This document shows, in pieces, positions 59,596 through 64,000 of a DNA stretch of 64,000 nucleotides (within the stretch, counting starts at the first letter, position 1; every line of letters begins with the position of its first letter). Source of the DNA: Squalus acanthias (Eukaryota). Both the position numbers and the translations under genes were made by a program. The stretch is taken from assembly GCA_030390025.1 (NCBI GenBank), contig CM059432.1, positions 39,496,001-39,560,000 of the forward strand. Reading direction: 5' to 3'. Under the pieces are notes generated by a model. The model searched no databases. It was not told the origin of the DNA and saw nothing but the letters and a program-made list of their open reading frames with translations.

Positions 59596-60720
59596 ATGGG
59601 CATCTTGATAGATCAATTTGTAGGAGGAGACGAGACTAGGCAGAGCAGCACCAGTTGCTGCAGGAGAGAGGGACAGGAGGGCAAGGAGGGCTCTCAGCAG
59701 GAGGCCGTATCCACCCAGGGTCTTCAGAGCGCAGTACTCCTACTTTCACATAACCCAAGACCAGTGCATGACAAAGGAGGTCATTACAGAGATCTGTGGC
59801 CTTGTGGAAGGAAGACTCCGACATCGCAGCACAGCCAGGACTGCATTGCCTGTGGCAGTCAAGGTCACAGTAGCACATAACTTTTATGCCACTGGAATCT
59901 TCCAGGCTGTCACAGGTGATATAAGTCACATCTCACAATCCTCTGTGCACTTCTGCATAAAAGAGATCTCTGCGACTCTATACGCTCTGAGGAATTACTA
60001 TATATCATTCCCTATTTCCAGAGAATACCAGAGGCAGAGAGCACTAGGATTCAACAGGATTACGGGATTCCCCTTGGTCCAGGGAGCCATTGACTGTACA
60101 CATGTGGCCATGCAAGCCCCTCATTTAAACTCAGACGTGTTCAGAAACAGGAAGGGATCCCTCAATGTGCAGCTTGTCTGCAACCACCGGCAGCGCAAAG
60201 TGCAGGTGAATGCCTGCTATCCAGGGAGCTGTCACGATGCATTTATAATGAGACAGTCATCCAACCCACAGATCTTTGAGCCCCAACACAATGTGCATGG
60301 CTGGCTACTAGGTGACAAGGGATACCTTCTGATGCCATGGCTCATGACTCCCCTGAGAATCCCCCAGACACCAGCTGAGCACTCATACAATGAGAGCCAC
60401 TCAGCCACCAGGAATATCATTGAACAGACCATTGGGGTCCTAAAGCAGTGGTTTAGATGCCTTGACCAGTCAAGAGGTGCCCTGCAGTACTTGGCCGAGA
60501 AGGTGTCCACATTCATGGTGATTTGCTGCATAACCGGGCGATCATGAGAGACCAGCCGTTATCACCAGCAATTGTGCCAGAGGGTCAAGCTCAAGAGCCA
60601 CAAGAGGAGGAGGAGGAAGAGGAAGAGGAGGGGGGCCAGGGGGAGCACCAGAGGCTTCCAGGTAGACAGGTCGCACCTGGGAGGGACACTCACTGCCATC
60701 TAATTGAACAGTGCCTTTGA
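59596..60720 (+). pseudogene. HARBI1-like transposase, mildly disrupted
   Basis: 259-aa open stretch with GAIDCTH, LGDKGY, IEQTIGVLK; frameshifts near both ends. Confidence 0.95.
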
Positions 60721-60963
60721 GAGACGTGTTCCACCATCAGACTCCAGAGCACTGTTGCCACATGATGTACCTTCCACAACTTAGGATCCATCAGGCAGTC
60801 CATCATCTGCACTCAATCCTTTCAAACCCTTCCCCATGAAGATCACAATAAAAAAGACCACCGAGTCAACCACTACCCAATTACCATGATCACTGTTTAT
60901 ATACATCAAAAACAAAATATGTAAGCATGACAGAATCAACATCACCTAAAAATATTAAACTAT

Positions 60964-62846
60964 TCACCCTGGCGCTTACCCTTAGTGCCTATCTATAAGT
61001 GCTCTTGGGTAATCTAGTGCTTCTATGCAGTGCAACCCCAGTGGCAGCAGCAGGCGAGGTGGATGGCTGCTGAGAATTTGAAGAGGGAAGATCAAATGTC
61101 CTCCTGGGACGCCCTCGAGAGGCTATGAGCCGTGATGGCCCTGCCTCAGACTGCACCATCTCAGCATGGCTTCAGCAGTCTGGGCCGCCTGGCTGAGCGG
61201 CAACAGCAAAGACAATGGTGGAGTGGTGGGGGAGGAAGCAGCAATGCTGGAATCTGGAGAGAGGCCAATAGGTTCCTGCTCCATGATTCCCACACCACTA
61301 CCTTGGGGCCTCTGTTCAGCCCACCCAGTGACCTGGTGGAGGACACATCTGTGGACATCGGAGACACTCTGCAAGCCCCTTTCAACCGAGGAACCCAGAG
61401 CCACTGTGGCAGCTGCCTGAGCTTCCATTGCAGCAGTTTGCCGCTCCATGCAAGCTGCAGTGACTGCAGTGGAAGCTGCGACCTCAGTCATCAGACGCTG
61501 CATGATGTTGGGCTGCACAGGTCACTGGCTGGAAGTCACCAGCCTCTCCACGCTGGAGAGAATGGGTTCCAGACTCTGCGTCCAGCTATTGACCAAGGTG
61601 GAGGTGGACTCCTCCACTCCGCCTAGCCACCACCCGTAGGCTTTCAGGCAGGCTCTCTATTGCTCCAAGCATTTGGTTTGTTGCACCCATCAGCCTTCTT
61701 CTGAAACTTGGCCCTGCGAGGTCCTCATCTGACTCAGCAGCAGCAGAACTAGTATGCAACCTTGCCCCCCGGAAATGTGGCACCTGTAGTGTCCCTGCCA
61801 CCCTGCATTGCTGCTGCCCACTAGTGCCCGGTACGTCCCACTGCGAGGATCCTTCTTCTAAGCTAGCCTCTAAGTTGCAGGTGTAAATCTCTGAACTGGT
61901 GCCTGCGACAGTGGTAGCCATTGACGCAGTACATTCATCCTCACTCTCCTCCTCTTCCTCCGGTGGGCGAGGTGGCTGGTGCTCTTCCTGAAACTGCTCC
62001 ACGACGTGAGGTGCATCTTGCTCCTGCGAGCCTGCAATGATAAAGCTGGAAGGGTTAGGGTGCAGCACATGTGGCCACTACAGGAGGATGTGTGTGATGA
62101 GACCATATGGAGCTTGGGAGTGAGGATAGCTTTGGGTGATTAGGGATCAGGAATAGTTTTGCATCTGCAAGGAAGCTGCAGTGGCCGTATACCTCGAGGC
62201 GAGATGCCCCTTGTTCTGCCTCTGGCCGTGGAGTCTGACACACTCCTCCCGATCACGGCCAGCACTGCCTCCTCAAGGGGAGTGATATCATGATGTCATG
62301 CTTCCCCTCACCCAATCGGGTCTTGCTGTCGCCTGTTATGTGCTATTTTTTCCTGGAAGAGAAAGAATGGTGATTGTGAATGAGTGTATTGGCAGGTGTA
62401 TTTGTGTGTGTGTGTGACGCCTCACATAGTTGAAGAGCTGTGAGATGTGAGTAGTGCCTGTGAAGGATGCAATAGTGTGGGGAGTGTGAATGTCAGTGTA
62501 TAGTTAGATGGTGGATGAAGTGTTGACGTTGTGATGCTGGTGGTGGTGATGCAGTTATTGAAAAGTGTGCTTGTGAGATGGGATCTTACCTTGACCACTC
62601 TTGTCAAGTCATTAAATTTCTTGTGGCACTAGACCATGTCCTGGGGTCAGGGCCCCTGACTGTGGCCTCCCGGGCTATCTCATCCCACATATGGCGCATC
62701 AGCTGCCTCTGTGGCCTCCTTCCCCACTATGGGTAGAGGACAGCCCTCCTCCTCTCTACCTCCTCCACCAGGACCTCCAGTGCCACATCGGAGAACCCGG
62801 GCAACCTCTCTCTTGCTCCTTGTGACATCCTTCCAATCTCAGCCAT
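60964..62846 (-). pseudogene. Harbinger Myb/SANT-like gene (spliced)
   Basis: RERLPGFSDVALEVLVEEVERRRAVLYP...KKFNDLTRVVK then GTAAG donor; SDEDLAGP..RRRLMG..NQMLGA as in copy A. Confidence 0.88.
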
Positions 62847-63603
62847 TGCACTCCACACCTTCAGTGGAAGTGGGTGAGTGCAGGCTACATATACAGCTCC
62901 AGGAAAATTACATCTAATCAGCGCTTGAGTGCTAAACCTGCAGTTGTTGGTTTCAATGCCTGCAGGCATATTCAAATCATGATAATCATCAATTAATCTG
63001 AAAATTGTGCGCTAAATCCGGACTTTCAAACAGGCATTTCTTATTAGCACAGCTCCCATTTAGTGCCTGTTTTCACCCTATGCCCAAAAGAACCCCCTTT
63101 ATGTTTAAACCAGGTCAGAACATTCATTTACAGATCAATGCAGGATGTGGCCTGACAACTTTGGCAAGGGGCCAAAACTGTCTTGTCCCCTGAGTAAATC
63201 TTATATAGCTCAGACATAGAGCAATTCCATCTATTTCAATTGTAAGTCTATCAACTCTGTAAGAAATCTGTAATCCTTTAAGACAATTCTGAATGTTGCC
63301 CAGCAAATCAACACTTTTACAACTAGATTATTGGTCATTTGGTGATATGTGGTGGAGATTCCTTACCAGCTTAGATCACAAAGTCATTCCAACATAGCTT
63401 TGTAAATTTCTTGCTCCAATAGATACTTCAGTTTCAATTTCTGTTTCACAATTTCTACATCATAGTGAATATAGTGATAAAACACGCCATAGATTTTCAT
63501 GAGAACTGCCCGTTGCATTAATAACATAACAGGGCATACTGATTTCTGACAAAACTCTCCTCTGCTTAGCACATGATATGAAGTCAGAAAACAAAACTTG
63601 ACC

Positions 63604-64000
63604 ACATAGGAACAGGAGTAGCCCATTCAGCCCCTCGAGCCTGTTCCGCCATTCAATGTGATCATGGCTGATTTCTATCTTAACTCTATCCACCTGCCTT
63701 GGCTCCATATCCCTTAATACCCTTAGCTAGCAAAAATCTATCGCTCTCTGATTTAAAATTATTAATTGAGCTAACATCAATGCTTTTTGTGGGAGAGAGT
63801 CCCGCACTTATACCACGTTTTGCATGAAGAGGTGTCTCCTGACCTCTGCTGATTGGCCTGGCTTTGATTTTAAGGTGATCTCCCCTTGTCCTAGACAACC
63901 CCACCAGCGGAAATGGTTTCTCTCTATCTACCCTAATCAATTCCTTTTAAAATCCTCAATCAAATCACCCCTTAACCTTTTATATTCCAGGGAATACAAG
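63604..64000 (-). mobile_element. CR1 3' region (runs off the window)
   Basis: RVDREKPFPL..SRTRG...GIKGYG; tail GAATGG..TACTCCTGTTCCTATG. Confidence 0.9.

Larger units (their letters stand above)
59049..63097 (+). mobile_element. PIF/Harbinger transposon copy E (both ends, ~4.05 kb, no nested insert)
   Basis: TIR GGGGGCAATTTTGG / CCAAAAGAACCCCC; convergent two-gene layout. Confidence 0.9.

Noticed and set aside
59596..60720. Domesticated host gene HARBI1 (and NAIF1 for the Myb ORFs)
   Set aside because: Multiple copies, TIR-bounded and frameshifted, so these are transposon pseudogenes rather than single-copy host genes
1..64000. CRISPR arrays, operons or prokaryotic defence systems
   Set aside because: Sequence is vertebrate-like repeat DNA with spliceosomal introns; no repeat-spacer array or gene-dense region

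Overview
Repeat-dense eukaryotic DNA, most likely from a cartilaginous fish (shark-type CR1 tails, Deu-domain SINEs, Penelope terminal repeats; the taxon is an inference). No host protein-coding exon, rRNA, tRNA or CRISPR array was recognised. The dominant signal is a cluster of PIF/Harbinger DNA transposons: three copies with both ends (12018-17032, 43171-48964, 59049-63097) and at least four truncated ones. Each full copy carries a convergent pair of a HARBI1-like DDE transposase pseudogene and a three-exon Myb/SANT (NAIF1/MSANTD-like) gene, and there are many non-autonomous MITEs with GGG/GGC termini. Interleaved are CR1, L2, RTE, Vingi-like and other CR1-group LINE fragments, DeuSINEs, a probable solo LTR, and a young Penelope-type inverted repeat with a hammerhead-ribozyme-like core and a 15-bp target-site duplication. 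Several repeat-free blocks rich in homeodomain/Sox/TCF motifs are candidate conserved enhancers. All element ORFs are truncated or disrupted, and all family assignments are by eye without database searches.
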